A stretch of 64,000 nt of DNA from Balanoglossus misakiensis (GCA_040954595.2 CM082587.2:5506206-5570205); one strand, 5' to 3'. Counted from the first letter of the stretch, positions 1 to 13,903 are shown. Program-made: numbers and translations. Notes: generated from the sequence alone by a model not told the origin.

Positions 1-3000
1 TTTTTTCAAAAAAATGAAGAAATTTTGATATTTCGGAAAGTCGAAAAATTGTCATTTTTTGATGATTTTCATGAGCTATAACCCATGCTTTTTTCAAAAA
101 AATGAAGAAATTTTGATATTTCGGAAAGTCGAAAAATTGTGATTTTTTGATGATTTTCATGAGCTATAACCCATGCTTTTTTCAAAAAAATGAAGAAATT
201 TTGATATTTCGGAAAGTCGAAAAATTGTGATTTTTTGATGATTTTCATGAGCTATAACCCATGCTTTTTTCAAAAAAATGAAGAAATTTTGATATTTCGG
301 AAAGTCGAAAAATTGTGATTTTTTGATGATTTTCATGAGCTATAACCCATGCTTTTTTCAAAAAAATGAAGAAATTTTGATATTTCGGAAAGTCGAAAAA
401 TTGTGATTTTTTGATGATTTTCATGAGCTATAACCCATGCTTTTTTCAAAAAAAATGAAGAAATTTTGATATTTCGGAAAGTCGAAAAATTGTCATTTTT
501 TGATGATTTTCATGAGCTATAACCCATGCTTTTTTCAAAAAAATGAGGAAATTTTGATATTTCGGAAAGTCGAAAAATTGTGATTTTTTGATGATTTTCA
601 TGAGCTATAACCCATGCTTTTTTCAAAAAAATGAAGAAATTTTGATATTTCGGAAAGTCGAAAAATTGTGATTTTTTGATGATTTTCATGAGCTATAACC
701 CATGCTTTTTTCAAAAAAATGAAGAAATTTTGATATTTCGGAAAGTCGAAAAATTGACATTTTTTGATGATTTTCATGAGCTATAACCCATGCTTTTTTC
801 AAAAAAATGAAGAAATTTTGATATTTCGGAAAGTCGAAAAATTGTCATTTTTTGATGATTTTCATGAGCTATAACCCATGCTTTTTTCGAAAAATGAAGA
901 AATTTTGATATTTCGGAAAGTCGAAAAATTGACATTTTTTGATGATTTTCATGAGCTATAACCCATGCTTTTTTCAAAAAAAATGAAGAAATTTTGATAT
1001 TTCGGAAAGTCGAAAAATTGACATTTTTTGATGATTTTCATGAGCTATAACCCATGCTTTTTTCAAAAAAAATGAAGAAATTTTGATATTTCGGAAAGTC
1101 GAAAAATTGACATTTTTTGATGATTTTCATGAGCTATAACCCATGCTTTTTTCAAAAAAAATGAAGAAATTTTGATATTTCGGAAAGTCGAAAAATTGAC
1201 ATTTTTTGATGATTTTCATGAGCTATAACCCATGCTTTTTTCAAAAAAATGAAGAAATTTTGATATTTCGGAAAGTCGAAAAATTGTCATTTTTTGATGA
1301 TTTTCATGAGCTATAACCCATGCTTTTTTCAAAAAAATGAAGAAATTTTGATATTTCGTAAAGTCGAAAAATTGTCATTTTTTGATGATTTTCATGAGCT
1401 ATAACCCATGCTTTTTTAAAAAAAATGAAGAAATTTTGATATTTCGGAAAGTCGAAAAATTGTCATTTTTTGATGATTTTCATGAGCTATAACCCATGCT
1501 TTTTTCAAAAAAATGAAGAAATTTTGATATTTCGGAAAGTCGAAAAATTGTGATTTTTTGATGATTTTCATGAGCTATAACCCATGCTTTTTTCAAAAAA
1601 ATGAAGAAATTTTGATATTTCGGAAAGTCGAAAAATTGTGATTTTTTGATGATTTTCATGAGCTATAACCCATGCTTTTTTCAAAAAAATGAAGAAATTT
1701 TGATATTTCGGAAAGTCGAAAAATTGTGATTTTTTGATGATTTTCATGAGCTATAACCCATGCTTTTTTCAAAAAAATGAAGAAATTTTGATATTTCGGA
1801 AAGTCGAAAAATTGTGATTTTTTGATGATTTTCATGAGCTATAACCCATGCTTTTTTTAAAAAAATGAAGAAATTTTGATAATTCGTAAAGTCGAAAAAT
1901 TGTCATTTTTTGATGATTTTCATGAGCTATAACCCATGCTTTTTTCAAAAAAATGAAGAAATTTTGATATTTCGGAAAGTCGAAAAATTGACATTTTTTG
2001 ATGATTTTCATGAGCTATAACCCATGCTTTTTTCAAAAAAATGAAATTTTGATATTTCGGAAAGTCGAAAAATTGTCATTTTTTGATGATTTTCATGAGC
2101 TATAACCCATGCTTTTTTCAAAAAAATGAAGAAATTTTGATATTTCGGAAAGTCGAAAAATTGACATTTTTTGATGATTTTCATGAGCTATAACCCATGC
2201 TTTTTTCAAAAAAATGAAGAAATTTTGATATTTCGGAAAGTCGAAAAATTGTCATTTTTTGATGATTTTCATGAGCTATAACCCATGCTTTTTTCAAAAA
2301 AATGAAGAAATTTTGATATTTCGGAAAGTCGAAAAATTGTGATTTTTTGATGATTTTCATGAGCTATAACCCATGCTTTTTTCAAAAAAATGAAGAAATT
2401 TTGATATTTCGGAAAGTCGAAAAATTGTGATTTTTTGATGATTTTCATGAGCTATAACCCATGCTTTTTTCAAAAAAATGAAGAAATTTTGATATTTCGG
2501 AAAGTCGAAAAATTGTGATTTTTTGATGATTTTCATGAGCTATAACCCATGCTTTTTTCAAAAAAATGAAGAAATTTTGATATTTCGGAAAGTCGAAAAA
2601 TTGTGATTTTTTGATGATTTTCATGAGCTATAACCCATGCTTTTTTCAAAAAAATGATGAAATTTTGATATTTCGGAAAGTCGAAAAATTGTCATTTTTT
2701 GATGATTTTCATGAGCTATAACCCATGCTTTTTTCAAAAAAATGAAGAAATTTTGATATTTCGGAAAGTCGAAAAATTGTCATTTTTTGATGATTTTCAT
2801 GAGCTATAACCCATGCTTTTTTCAAAAAAATGAAAAAATTTTGATATTTCGGAAAGTCGAAAAATTGTCATTTTTTGATGATTTTCATGAGCTATAACCC
2901 ATGCTTTTTTCAAAAAAATGAAGAAATTTTGATATTTCGTAAAGTCGAAAAATTGTCATTTTTTGATGATTTTCATGAGCTATAACCCATGCTTTTTTCA

Positions 3001-4170
3001 AAAAAATGAAGAAATTTTGATATTTCGGAAAGTCGAAAAATTGTCATTTTTTGATGATTTTCATGAGCTATAACCCATGCTTTTTTAAAAAAAATGAAGA
3101 AATTTTGATATTTCGGAAAGTCGAAAAATTGACATTTTTTGATGATTTTCATGAGCTATAACCCATGCTTTTTTCAAAAAAATGAAGAAATTTTGATATT
3201 TCGGAAAGTCGAAAAATTGTGATTTTTTGATGATTTTCATGAGCTATAACCCATGCTTTTTTCAAAAAAATGAAGAAATTTTGATATTTCGGAAAGTCGA
3301 AAAATTGACATTTTTTGATGATTTTCATGAGCTATAACCCATGCTTTTTTCAAAAAAATGAAGAAATTTTGATATTTCGGAAAGTCGAAAAATTGTCAAT
3401 TTTTGATGATTTTCATGAGCTATAACCCATGCTTTTTTCAAAAAAATGAAGAAATTTTGATATTTCGGAAAGTCGAAAAATTGTCATTTTTGATGATTTT
3501 CATGAGCTATAACCATGCTTTTTTCAAAAAAATGAAGAAATTTTGATATTTCGGAAAGTCGAAAAATTGTCATTTTTTGATGATTTTCATGAGCTATAAC
3601 CCATGCTTTTTTCAAAATAATGAAGAAATTTTAATATTTCGGAAAGTCGAAAAATTGTCATTTTTTGATGATTTTCATGAGCTATAACCCATGCTTTTTT
3701 CAAAAAAATGAAGAAATTTTGATATTTCGGAAAGTCGAAAAATTGACATTTTTTGATGATTTTCATGAGCTATAACCCATGATTTTTATCAAAAAATGCC
3801 GAAATTTTCATAATTCGCAAAGTCTAAAAATCGTCATTTTTGGATGATTTTCATGGGCTATATCCCTTGATTTTTATCAAAAAATGCCGAAATTTTCATA
3901 ATTCGCAATGTCTAAAAATCGTCATTTTTGGATGATTTTCATGAGCTATAACCCATGATTTTTATCAAAAAATGAAGAAATTTTCATAATTCGCAAAGTC
4001 GAAAAATCTCAAATTTTGGATGATTTTCATGGGCTATAACCCAAAGTGAAGAATTTTTCTTTTTTTGAGCGTTCATGAGCTATAATCCATGCATTTGACA
4101 TTAAAAAGGCCAAAACGACGAAAATTTTCAAAGTCGAGAATTTTTCATTTTTTGAGCGTTCATGAGCTCT
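1..4170. repeat. 88-bp AT-rich satellite array (about 46 units, open at the left window edge)
   Basis: GAGCTATAACCCATGC recurs at 73, 161, 249 and onward (period 88). Units are near-identical to ~3780 and progressively diverged to ~4170. Confidence 0.98.
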
Positions 4171-4306
4171 AGGCCTACGTACATCTCCGTCTTCTCTCCT
4201 TCTGTCAACAGTTCCCAGCAGCCGAGAAAACCCGAGCGGCTTTCCGTAATAAAATCTATCCCTCCCCCCCGAAACACCTGATTGCCATTCACAGCAACGG
4301 TAGCAA

Positions 4307-7244
4307 TTAACACAGAGCAATACGAAAGCGATATGGGGAAAATCCCGCTCCGAATACTGTACCTGGTTCTGTTGGAGTCTCAACATCATACGGCTTCCAC
4401 GAACACTTCTTGTCCCAGCCTATTTCCCCGATAAGGCCCAGTTCGTAGAGCTCGTTGTTCAACCAATTATCGAGCGGCTGGAAGTAGTTCAGGAACGGTC
4501 CAGACTGCATTTCTTCCGTGCCAGCAATCGCCATCATAGCCTCCGGCCAGGGTACGCTTTTTCCCTTTTCTAACATAGCACTGTAATGATAATCGCAGGA
4601 TGTAGAATGCAATCGATATTCTTACCCAGAGTACGTGCCAGTAACGTAATGAATTGACAAACCGGCGATGCGGTTCTACCTGAATAAAAGTTTGCTTTAG
4701 CATATTTTCGATCTTATGACGTCATCTTCTCTCATTATACCGTTCTGCAGCATCTATTATAGTAGGTGGCATCTACACATAACGCATGTTTCAGTTTGAT
4801 GCCTCAATTATTTTTGAGAATTTCACTCGGGTTACTCACGCCAGAAGATCACCAGCTTCAGTAGAGTTGTAGAAATCGCATTTGTAGAGTTCTTTGTCCC
4901 ATCCTTTGGCTTCGCACAATGCTTCGTAAAATTGGAACTGGATGAACGTTCGGGTATAGTATCTTAGTACGAAGAAAATTTTAAAAGCTTGTTAAAGATA
5001 AGTGATAATTTTAAAATCACATTATTTTGTCATTTTTGATATCGCTACACACCGTAGTTTGTTGAGCTTTTTCTTCAATGACAGAGATGAAAAGTAGATT
5101 ACCTTGCAAGTTTATTATTGGCAAGTGGACCCACTTTCTTACCTGAGGAAGGAGTAGTCGTTGGCCACGTGAAACAGTGCCGGTGGGTCCAAGTCTTCTT
5201 CTGTTCGTGGGGAGGGTTCTACAACACCAACATATTTATGCCTGTGGTGGGCAAAATAAGTTAAATGCATAAGAGCTCTTTATGCGGTAGCTTGTGACTT
5301 CGTATAGTGAAAATGAAATGTAGAGTATCAATGCTGTATTGTGGATTGCTTATAGAACATAATACAAACCGCGTGGGGAATGGAAAATACATGTTCAGAA
5401 AATATGATTCACGCCACATGTAAATAACTTGAAAAATTTACATACTTGGTTTCCCACCATGCCTCACTCCAGCGTTCGTATGGAATGTTCCCTCTAAAGA
5501 CTTCCCAACGCCATTCTTCAAGTGCCATGCTGAAGGGCAGAGTTGCTACCATCGTCAACGCCTGCTTCATCAGAAAGTTGATGTCGGATTCTGAGGGGAG
5601 AAAAGCGAGGGAGATTTGAAGACCCAAGAGGCTGGCTCTTTTCAATAAAGTACACACGCACATTAGCCTAACCTAAAAAGCAATACATTCAAGCTCTGTG
5701 TTTCTAGGGATATATCAGACGTGCCGTACCGTAGTCGTCTGCAATCTCGTGCAGCAGACCGGTGTCGTACAGATGCTGTGGGGTGGCCGCTGACAGCGCC
5801 ACGACCTCGCCGACGGCTTCGTGGAAACCTTCGTTGGCTCCGTCGCGGAAGGAGACCGGCTGGTGCGCGTACTGCAGGTCGTATTGGATGTGGCCCATCT
5901 CGTGGTACATCGTCAACATGTCGTCCATGTTGACTTCGGAACAATAGCGTATCCTGGTAAGAGAGTGGTTTACATAAAATAACAATCAGGGCCACGTGAA
6001 AAGAGGGGGAGAGACACGGAGAGGGAGAGGGGGAGACTACCATTCGTCATCATTCGACGTCGCCATCAAATATGAAACAACTGCCATTTTCCCGGAAGGA
6101 TAAATAGGACAAGAGGTATATAAGAAACAAAAAACATTTCAAATGCCGCTCCACCTGAAATCTCTCTGATTGTAGAAATCCCATGCCGTGGCGTGGCACT
6201 CGACGTCTCGCCCATCATCGGGTCTCTCCAACATGGAGTAATCCCAGAATTCCTGAGGCGCCGGATACATCCCCATGGAGACGAAGAAGTCATCAGCCAG
6301 CTCAGTCATGGTGGTTGGTGTGTACCCCTGTAAGTCATCGTGATATAAATTATGCACTCATCAATAGAGTATGCCTTTTATAATATCAACGCCACACACA
6401 GTTACCACTCCAAATCAAGCGAATTTGTTAGCTGACCATTGCGTCTCACGTAACTACAGACAATCGGCACACGTACGCGCATTTGTGCTTGTCACTGAGA
6501 CAGTACCAGCCAAGCGAATTCGATGGTTGATTTACCTGCTTGATGAGTTCTTCTGTGACGTCAAGATTGGTCCCGTCTTTGTACGGTTCGACCAGATGGT
6601 ACAAGTTTCCCCAAAAGCGTCCCCACATGTCGCCTGTATGATCATAATATTTATAAAAAAAAACATGACAGATTGTGTCTCCTGGGAAAATTACTGGTAT
6701 TCGCTTTTGACTTCCAAACTTCAATTACCCGTTCCTTAATAACAGAAAATGGTATCGCCATGGTAAGTCCAGAAAATTAAAATTAAATCCGAAAACCTCA
6801 CCTGAGTGGATCGCCTATAAAATATCAATCACGATTAATTTTGCACGATGCAGTGGATCTGCACTGAATAAGTATCTGTTTGCTTTTATCGAAATTATTG
6901 GCTTTAAATTTGAAATGAAACTCACCCAACACGTTAGCAGGCAGACACCCATCATTTCTGTTGATCTTATCGCCGTACACATCTTTCAGTCTGTACCTGA
7001 CGTAGGTGTGCAGTTTCTCGTAGAGCGGCAAGATGTCAAGGTACATCTGCCACATATCTTTCTCCAGGGTCTCATCCTCATAATTAGCCCTCCAGTAGTC
7101 GCCGTAGTCTTCGTATCCTGTTGATTATTAAAAAAGAAATAATTTTCTTAAGAGAGTGTAACGTCTTCTGTTTGGAAACATCTTACAAATTTCTAGCACC
7201 ACATGGTGTGTCTCGTGGTGATATGACAGATATCTCTGTCTGCC

Positions 7245-7277
<33 letters not shown>

Positions 7278-9395
7278 TTGCCCCTCTCTTTCCAAAACAT
7301 ACACAGCTTTACATCTGTATGACAGGATATGTTTTTTGTCTGCTGTTAAGAAAGTCTCCTTCCATACCGTTCAAAACAGCGGCTTTGTTCTTCAACTCGA
7401 CGTAGTCCACGTACATTGGTCGGATGGGTCTGCCGACGTTGTCTCTCCAATGTTTCCACACCCACAAACGCTCAGTGTAGTTGACGGAATTGGCCATGAT
7501 GTTAGTCAAAACTAAAAGATAAGCATGTATTTGTTTTTTCTAGGATGACAACTTTCGAAAATGCCACGTATTTAGGGCCTTAGAGATGTTTAAATTGAAT
7601 TGGCAACCATACCATGAGCAGCTCTCAGTATTATCAAGGCATAAATCACCTTCACTTAGAAATAGCCTGAATATAGTAATGCTCACGCCTACACCATCTA
7701 AATTCGGACATCCTATCATAAATTACGCGTGGGCATATTAACACAGCAACAATTAATGATGAATTTTTGAAAACTGTAGATTAGATTAGATTACCCCGAT
7801 ACATAAATACTTAACATATTGTTTTTAAGTAGATTGAAGCATAGACAGTACTGTCTATGATTGAAGTTAAACCGCCCCGTCACATGGGATTAACTAATAT
7901 ACCTGGGTCTTGTTTTTCACATCTGTTGTCGTCCCACGGAAAGCAAACTTCGCCCGTGGCGTACGTATAACTCATATCCGACAGGATACCCTGCAACTGT
8001 ATCAGAGAAAGCAAATAACACAACGTAAATTCTTATGGACATTGTAAAGCTATACGCCCGAACCGTTCACTGAACAAAACAACGCCACCAATAGTGCACA
8101 AATTATTACCTTATCATAATCGTCTTCATCCAGTACAGCGCTGCCAAGTTCAGTCAGATAACCAAGTTCCCGGGCCACAAGCTCTGTATAATTATTCACG
8201 TGTGGCACAAACACTGAGGCGTTATTATAGGCTTCGTTAGAAAAAGCGGCTAATTTCCGTCCTTCTTCTTGCTAAAAAGAAGAAGATATGTTATAAAGTA
8301 AGTACACACTGAATTTAATAACTGACGATTACTAGTAACTTTATTTTAAGGGGGAAAGTCCTCGCTTTTGACTTCGTTTTGGTTATTTTAGTGTGATAAG
8401 TTATCTTTCCTCCGAAATCAAAATCAATCTGTATCCCTATTGAAACATTCAGCATAATTTCCTCTAAGACAGATTGACCACCAAAAAATCCACCGACCCC
8501 AGGTCGAAAAAAATTGATCGACCTTTGGACTATAGACAAACGTCAGGATTGGCGCTAATCTTGGGGCTTACGTCACTGAAACAGGCGCACTATCTCGTGA
8601 AGTGACCTCCACGTACATAATCCAAAGAGACGCATGCAACGTCTGAAGCGTTAAAAAGTAGAATTGCCAAGTGCGTGGCAGCCTATGCATATTTCATGTG
8701 GATGAGATATCATAAAATATGATAACAGAAGTACTTGGTGGGTGACAGAATTCTCACAACACGTCTATCATGAACCCCAATAAACCACGGTACGTGACGC
8801 AGTATTGAAAACTTGCCCCCTTTTGGCTGTAGGAATTACTGTGAAGATGTGAAAGACTGAAATTCCATATTGACCAAAGGGGAATATTTATTTGAAAAGT
8901 TTTTTGGGGGAGGGAGGTGGGGGAGGGTACATGTTGGCCTACCTGTACGTGCGGTTATTTCACGCTATGCAAACACTAATAGTGGTAATTAAATTTAAGT
9001 TACGAGCGATTTACTGGTTGTTAACTTCTGGGGCACGGCATATACACCGAAAAAGTGCATGTGCGATACATTGAAAGTTAAACTTATCCATGATGTGTGA
9101 CTGAAACTATTGTCTAAAATATAGATCTTTCGCTCAAGCGTCATTGTCCAAGAGTGATTTTGCTTACCACTTTTGCCAGATTGTGTTCTGTCAAGTTTGT
9201 GGAGTAGTCCCAGGACGCGTGGACGTATCTCGGGTAGACGATTTGCGCCTGCTCGTTGTAGTGATCCAAGAAAGCCTGCGCCTCCAGCTCGGTCTTCTCG
9301 CCGGAATCCGTCAACTTGGCAGACGACGCACTTTGAAGAGAGACGAGCAAGATCAAGACCGCGCTCAGCGGGGTGATAAGTGACGACCGCGCCAT
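4307..9395 (-). CDS. ACE2: Peptidase M2 (ACE family), single catalytic domain, ACE2-like; 12 exons
   Basis: Signal peptide [26 protein letters not shown]. Motifs [49 protein letters not shown] and NYFQPL. Approximate GT-AG exons: 9395-9168, 8271-8110, 7997-7903, 7512-7368, 7098-6927, 6633-6536, 6328-6155, 5954-5730, 5591-5446, 5241-5143, 4962-4840, 4582-4307. The 3' end is uncertain and the symbol is provisional. Confidence 0.9.
7236..7276. repeat. (TCTG)n microsatellite, intronic
   Basis: Direct reading. Confidence 0.9.
7833..7866. mobile_element. 20-bp palindromic micro-element with 7-bp flanking duplication
   Basis: ATTGAAG-CATAGACAGTACTGTCTATG-ATTGAAG. Confidence 0.6.
8346..8824. mobile_element. 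Degenerate non-autonomous TIR element (Kolobok-like) in ACE2-like intron 1
   Basis: Left end TTAAGGGGGAAAGT; right end ACTTGCCCCCTTTT (imperfect inverted repeat). Confidence 0.45.
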
Positions 9396-9816
9396 ACTTC
9401 GACGTCGTTGTCGAGTGTCAGGAGCTTATGTCGATCTGACCAACGGAGTAATCGTAAACTATTGTCGGGTTCAAAGGTGAGGTCTTATCACACGTCTTAT
9501 AGAAACTGCTGAAAAGATGCAGCTTAGATACACGTGCACGATTTGTGGTCACAGATATAGACGGCTAAGACGCCCGCGTGCATTTAATTGTTTGTACATC
9601 AAAATGCAATCCGAAGATATCGAATTATAATTTGTAAACTGACAAATATCTGCTCCGATACTAGTATTCGGATATGTGCTTTATTGACTATAAGTTATTG
9701 ATAGGATAGGGGTTATAACAATCGAAAATGTTCAAACGAGTGATGTTTCGAAATATTCTTTATGAAGGATCACAACATCAAAAGGGGTGGGCGCAATTTT
9801 TCACGGATATGTCATT

Positions 9817-9930
9817 ATGGATGGATGGATGGATGGATGGATGGATGAATGAATGAATGAATGAATGAATGAATGAATGAATGAATGAATGAATGAATGA
9901 ATGAATGAATGAATGAATGAATGAATGAAT
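9817..9930. repeat. Compound (GGAT)n(GAAT)n microsatellite
   Basis: Direct reading. Confidence 0.97.
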
Positions 9931-10145
9931 TGCAACTACTTAGAGCGCCACCACGAGCTCAGATCAGAAAACGAAGGTTGCGCCACTCTATCCTGCACAT
10001 AATACGTTCATGTCAGGTCAGGTCAGCTCAGCTCAGCGGCAGATGATAGAGATCAGTCAAACCATGGAGCGACCGTGGTCAAACAGGCAGAGACATAAGC
10101 AACACACCCTCCACACCACACTACACGTCTACTTTCAATCCCATA

Positions 10146-10195
10146 CCACCACCACCACCACCACCACCACCCGGGCCACGCCCACCACCACCACA
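10146..10195. repeat. Interrupted (CCA)n microsatellite
   Basis: Direct reading. Confidence 0.9.
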
Positions 10196-10834
10196 CTTGT
10201 TCAGCGCTATGAATTGTGGGAAATACGAGCTGCTATAAATTATAAGAACTTTGTGACTTAGAATGCACTTGAACCACAACACCTGCTGAATCAAGCCACC
10301 TGCTCGTACTGTATACTGGAAACTGTTTGAAGTTCGACTACACCCATTAGTGCATCGCATACCATATTCAAGGTATGGATTATTGCTTGTTTTCTCAGCC
10401 AAGCGGTCACGATACTAGTATATACACGAACTTGTCAGTTTCATTCAATCATTGTTTGTTTACATTGTTTGCATACCTGACCCAGTGTTTTTGCTAAGGT
10501 TGGGGAACATTGGTAATGGATTTGGGAACCCCGGTAACATTCCTACAACCCCCCTAATATAACTACATTGATGCATTCCGGGGAACCCCCGTATAATGAC
10601 TGGGGAACACTGGGTACACATACCTGGCTACTGATCAGCCACACCCCTCCCCCCCCCCCCAACGGTACAGCTGCGTATCACAGCTAGGTTATGCCTGTTA
10701 TCGTATGTGGGTGGCAAAACCTGCCATCAACACACAATACCAGGCTAAACCTCAGGCTACGGTTCTGCAGTTATATACATTTTATGAGAAATGTTCTCTC
10801 TTTCTTCACAGCGCGAGCGTAATAACCCAATTTG

Positions 10835-13060
10835 ATGTCAGTTTCCCAAGCTGTCTTGCGAGGAGTGATGCGAGCGATAAGGGTCTCCAAGTTTGGGCCT
10901 CCGGAGGTACTGCAACTCCATAGGGATGTGCCGATACCGGAACCAGGCAGCAAAGAGGTACAATGAAAACATCTTGGGCTGAACAGAAGGAATTACTAAC
11001 CATCCGTACTTTTTTTCTCAGTCTAGTTGATAAGAAACAAAGTGATTGTATATAAATTGTTGCAAGTCTCACAAAAACACCTGTTGATGTGAGGGAAGTG
11101 ATTAGGTTTTTTGTTTACTTTGTTTATTTTTGTTTTGTTTTGTTTTTAATCTTCAATGCTTTCTTAGGTTTTAATCAAGATAGCTTCTGCTGGTGTAAAT
11201 CCCGTTGAAACATACATCCGTACCGGTAACCGCGATGTACTTCCAGACCTACCCTACACACCTGGAGGGGATGCCTCTGGTGTCATTGAAAAAGTTGGTC
11301 CGAAGGCGGGAAAATTTAAGGTAGGAATTAATTCCGTGTTTGGTTTCAGATGCTGTTATTGGGCCAAGTAGTGAATTTGCTAATATCCATCTGTTATCAT
11401 AAGACGGTCATACTTTTAGTTTATATAATCAGAGTTCTGTGTGGAAAGTAACAGAGGTGACATTAAAGGGGGGCTGTCGTCCGAACTGCTCATGTGCAGC
11501 TTTTATGTTAATAAGTCGCCATCTTTGTTTGCATATAGTTTCTTTGTTTTTTATTTGTGTTGAAAATTTGTTCCAGCCTGGCGACAGAGTATATGCACGT
11601 GGTATAACCACTGGTTCCTATGCAGAGTATGGCGTGGCACCAGAAAACAAGGTGTCAAAATTACCTGACAGCGTCACTTTCCAACAAGGAGCAGCTATCG
11701 GCACTCCATACTTCACAGCGTTCAGGGCTATATTCCAAAGGTCAGTGTGTACTTGCGACTGTAAACACTTACCGGTAGTGTTCTTTTGTATTCTTGACAG
11801 CGATAATCAATCAGACTTGTGAATTATGTTCGTCTTACAGAGCAAAAGGCAGGGCCAGTGAACGTGTTCTTGTACATGGGGCCAGTGGTGCTGTGAGTAC
11901 ACAGTAAAATCTCCTTGTAATACGTCACTTACTTGTATATTTCATTATTCTGACTTGCAGTGCAAACGGCAAATTCGGGGACGGCTTATTTTGAAGAAAT
12001 TTGGAAGTTTTTTCTGCAACTGTGACTGTATTCCAGTGAGAATCTATGTTCTTATAGGGGGCACCTTTATGGCACGATACCCTGACTTTTGATTTTGTTG
12101 AAACCTATTCTTTTGTCAGGTAGGAATTGCCTGTCTGCAGCTGGGAAGTGCTTACGGCCTCCAAATGATGGGCACTGCTGGTACACCGGAAGGACTGAAG
12201 CTAATCTCTGAACACGGAGCTGAGAAGGTCTTCAACCATCGTGAAGAAGGCTATGCGAAGAAAATAATGGTAAAGCTAGATGCAAACTCACTCATAATTT
12301 GTTAGCTCTTAGATGTACAATTAGAAAGACAGCTTGGTTTAAACCATGTGTCTGTCATTACAGGATGCAACGGGCGGCACTGGAGTCGACATAATCATTG
12401 AAATGCTGGCCAATGTCAACCTGAACACAGATTTGGATCTGGTCGGTTACGGGGGACGAATTGTTGTAAGTTGCCATCGAAATTGACATGATAACCCATA
12501 TGTTGAAATGATATCCCTTTTTGATAATTTATTAATCCCCACTTACACAGTGCACACACAAATAGAACCTGCAGGAACCTTGACACAGATAAAATTATGA
12601 AAAAAAATTACATGGGGTGCCACTCCAAATCAGGTCAAATGTGACACAGCCAACAACCCAGCAATGGATTTCCCACTCTCCCTCCAGGTCGTCGGTAACC
12701 GTGGAAACACACAGATTGATGCCAGGAAGACCATGGGAACAGAATCCTGTATCATCGGAATGATGTTGCCAAAATGCACAGAGGTGAGTGTGACTAGCTC
12801 AGGGGTTACTTACACTGGTCATTATTACAACAGGAAGAGGGAAGACAAAATGTCGAATATTGAATGTTCTCTTCTTCTTTTCTCACACCTTCAAGTTTGA
12901 ATTCCAAGAGATGTTTGCAGCCATGCACGCTGGCCTGGTCAAGGGTTACCTGAACCCTGTGGTGGGTCAAGAATTCCCGCTGGAGAAAGCGGCAGAGGCA
13001 CATCACGAGGTCATCGATCACAAACAAGGAACCTTTGGGAAGATTGTTCTGAACGTGTAG
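10835..13060 (+). CDS. CRYZ: Quinone oxidoreductase / zeta-crystallin (MDR family), spliced
   Basis: ATG at 10835 with an in-frame stop upstream. Reads MSVSQAVLRGVMRAIRVSKFGPPEVL, then AGVNPVETYIRTG, LPYTPGGDASG, GAAIGTPYFTA, VLVHGASGA|VG, IIEMLANVNL and GKIVLNV*. AATAAA at 13322. Confidence 0.93.
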
Positions 13061-13903
13061 CTTGACTGTTATGTACATGTACTGTGTTGTGGTTACATAT
13101 CCCGGAGAGACTTCGGAAATTTTCAGGGTCAGAAACAGAAATCATTGAAATAGTTTTTGCTGCATTTCCTCCTCCATACTGATACAAACATCGAACTCGT
13201 CACTCAAAAGAAATCATCACAAAATAAGCAGTGTATCCATTTAATTCTTGCCATTACTTCATCAGTTAAGAAAAATGTACTGGAATAACGTTTTTATGTT
13301 ATTATTTTTTCAATCATGGAAAATAAAATTTTAGTAAATTTTGATATGGTTCTTGGTGACTTATTCATAGAGCTCTGCCCATATTTAAAAAAAAAATGTG
13401 TGAACTTGGCGTGATCAACAGGGTAGAAGATATACAATGTATACATACATACATATGTACACACACTGCCAACATAAGGTGTAGGTCAACATCTAAATGA
13501 TTGATTTATTATTTTTTAATAATTTGAAGAAAAAAAAATGTTCCCCAATGTCTGTTATCAGTCTTACATGCACTATATATGAAAGTGTAGAGATAGAAAA
13601 CATGATCTTCAAAATAAATAATTTAACTGACTTTAAATAATGCAGCATCAGAAAAACCTGTATAGTTAAGTAGATGAAACACATCCACTGATTGGCTGTA
13701 TACAGTATGCATAGCACTGTACACAGAGATCGACCAATCAAGTTCAGTTTCACTGGCAGTGAGTTCATATAAATTTCAAGAAACGTCTCTTCTTGCAAGA
13801 CACTTGAATGAGACTGACCTTCTCATTTCATTGATTGCAGTGACCTTTGACCCTACATTGTACTTTGCACATAAGTTCATTTGATCTTTCCGCTCTTCTT
13901 TTT

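Noticed and set aside
4160-4245. CTAG plus small hairpin at the satellite edge as a Helitron end
   Set aside because: Hairpin spacing and the flanking base do not fit the hairpin-CTRR|T pattern
774-4389. ORFs within or entering the satellite
   Set aside because: Translations of the 88-bp repeat
10010-10402. Poly-Thr / poly-Gly ORFs
   Set aside because: Produced by the (CCA)n microsatellite
10480-10615. ACCCAGTGTT...AACACTGGGT as a hAT-type MITE
   Set aside because: Only 10-bp inverted ends and no adjacent target duplication; too weak to call
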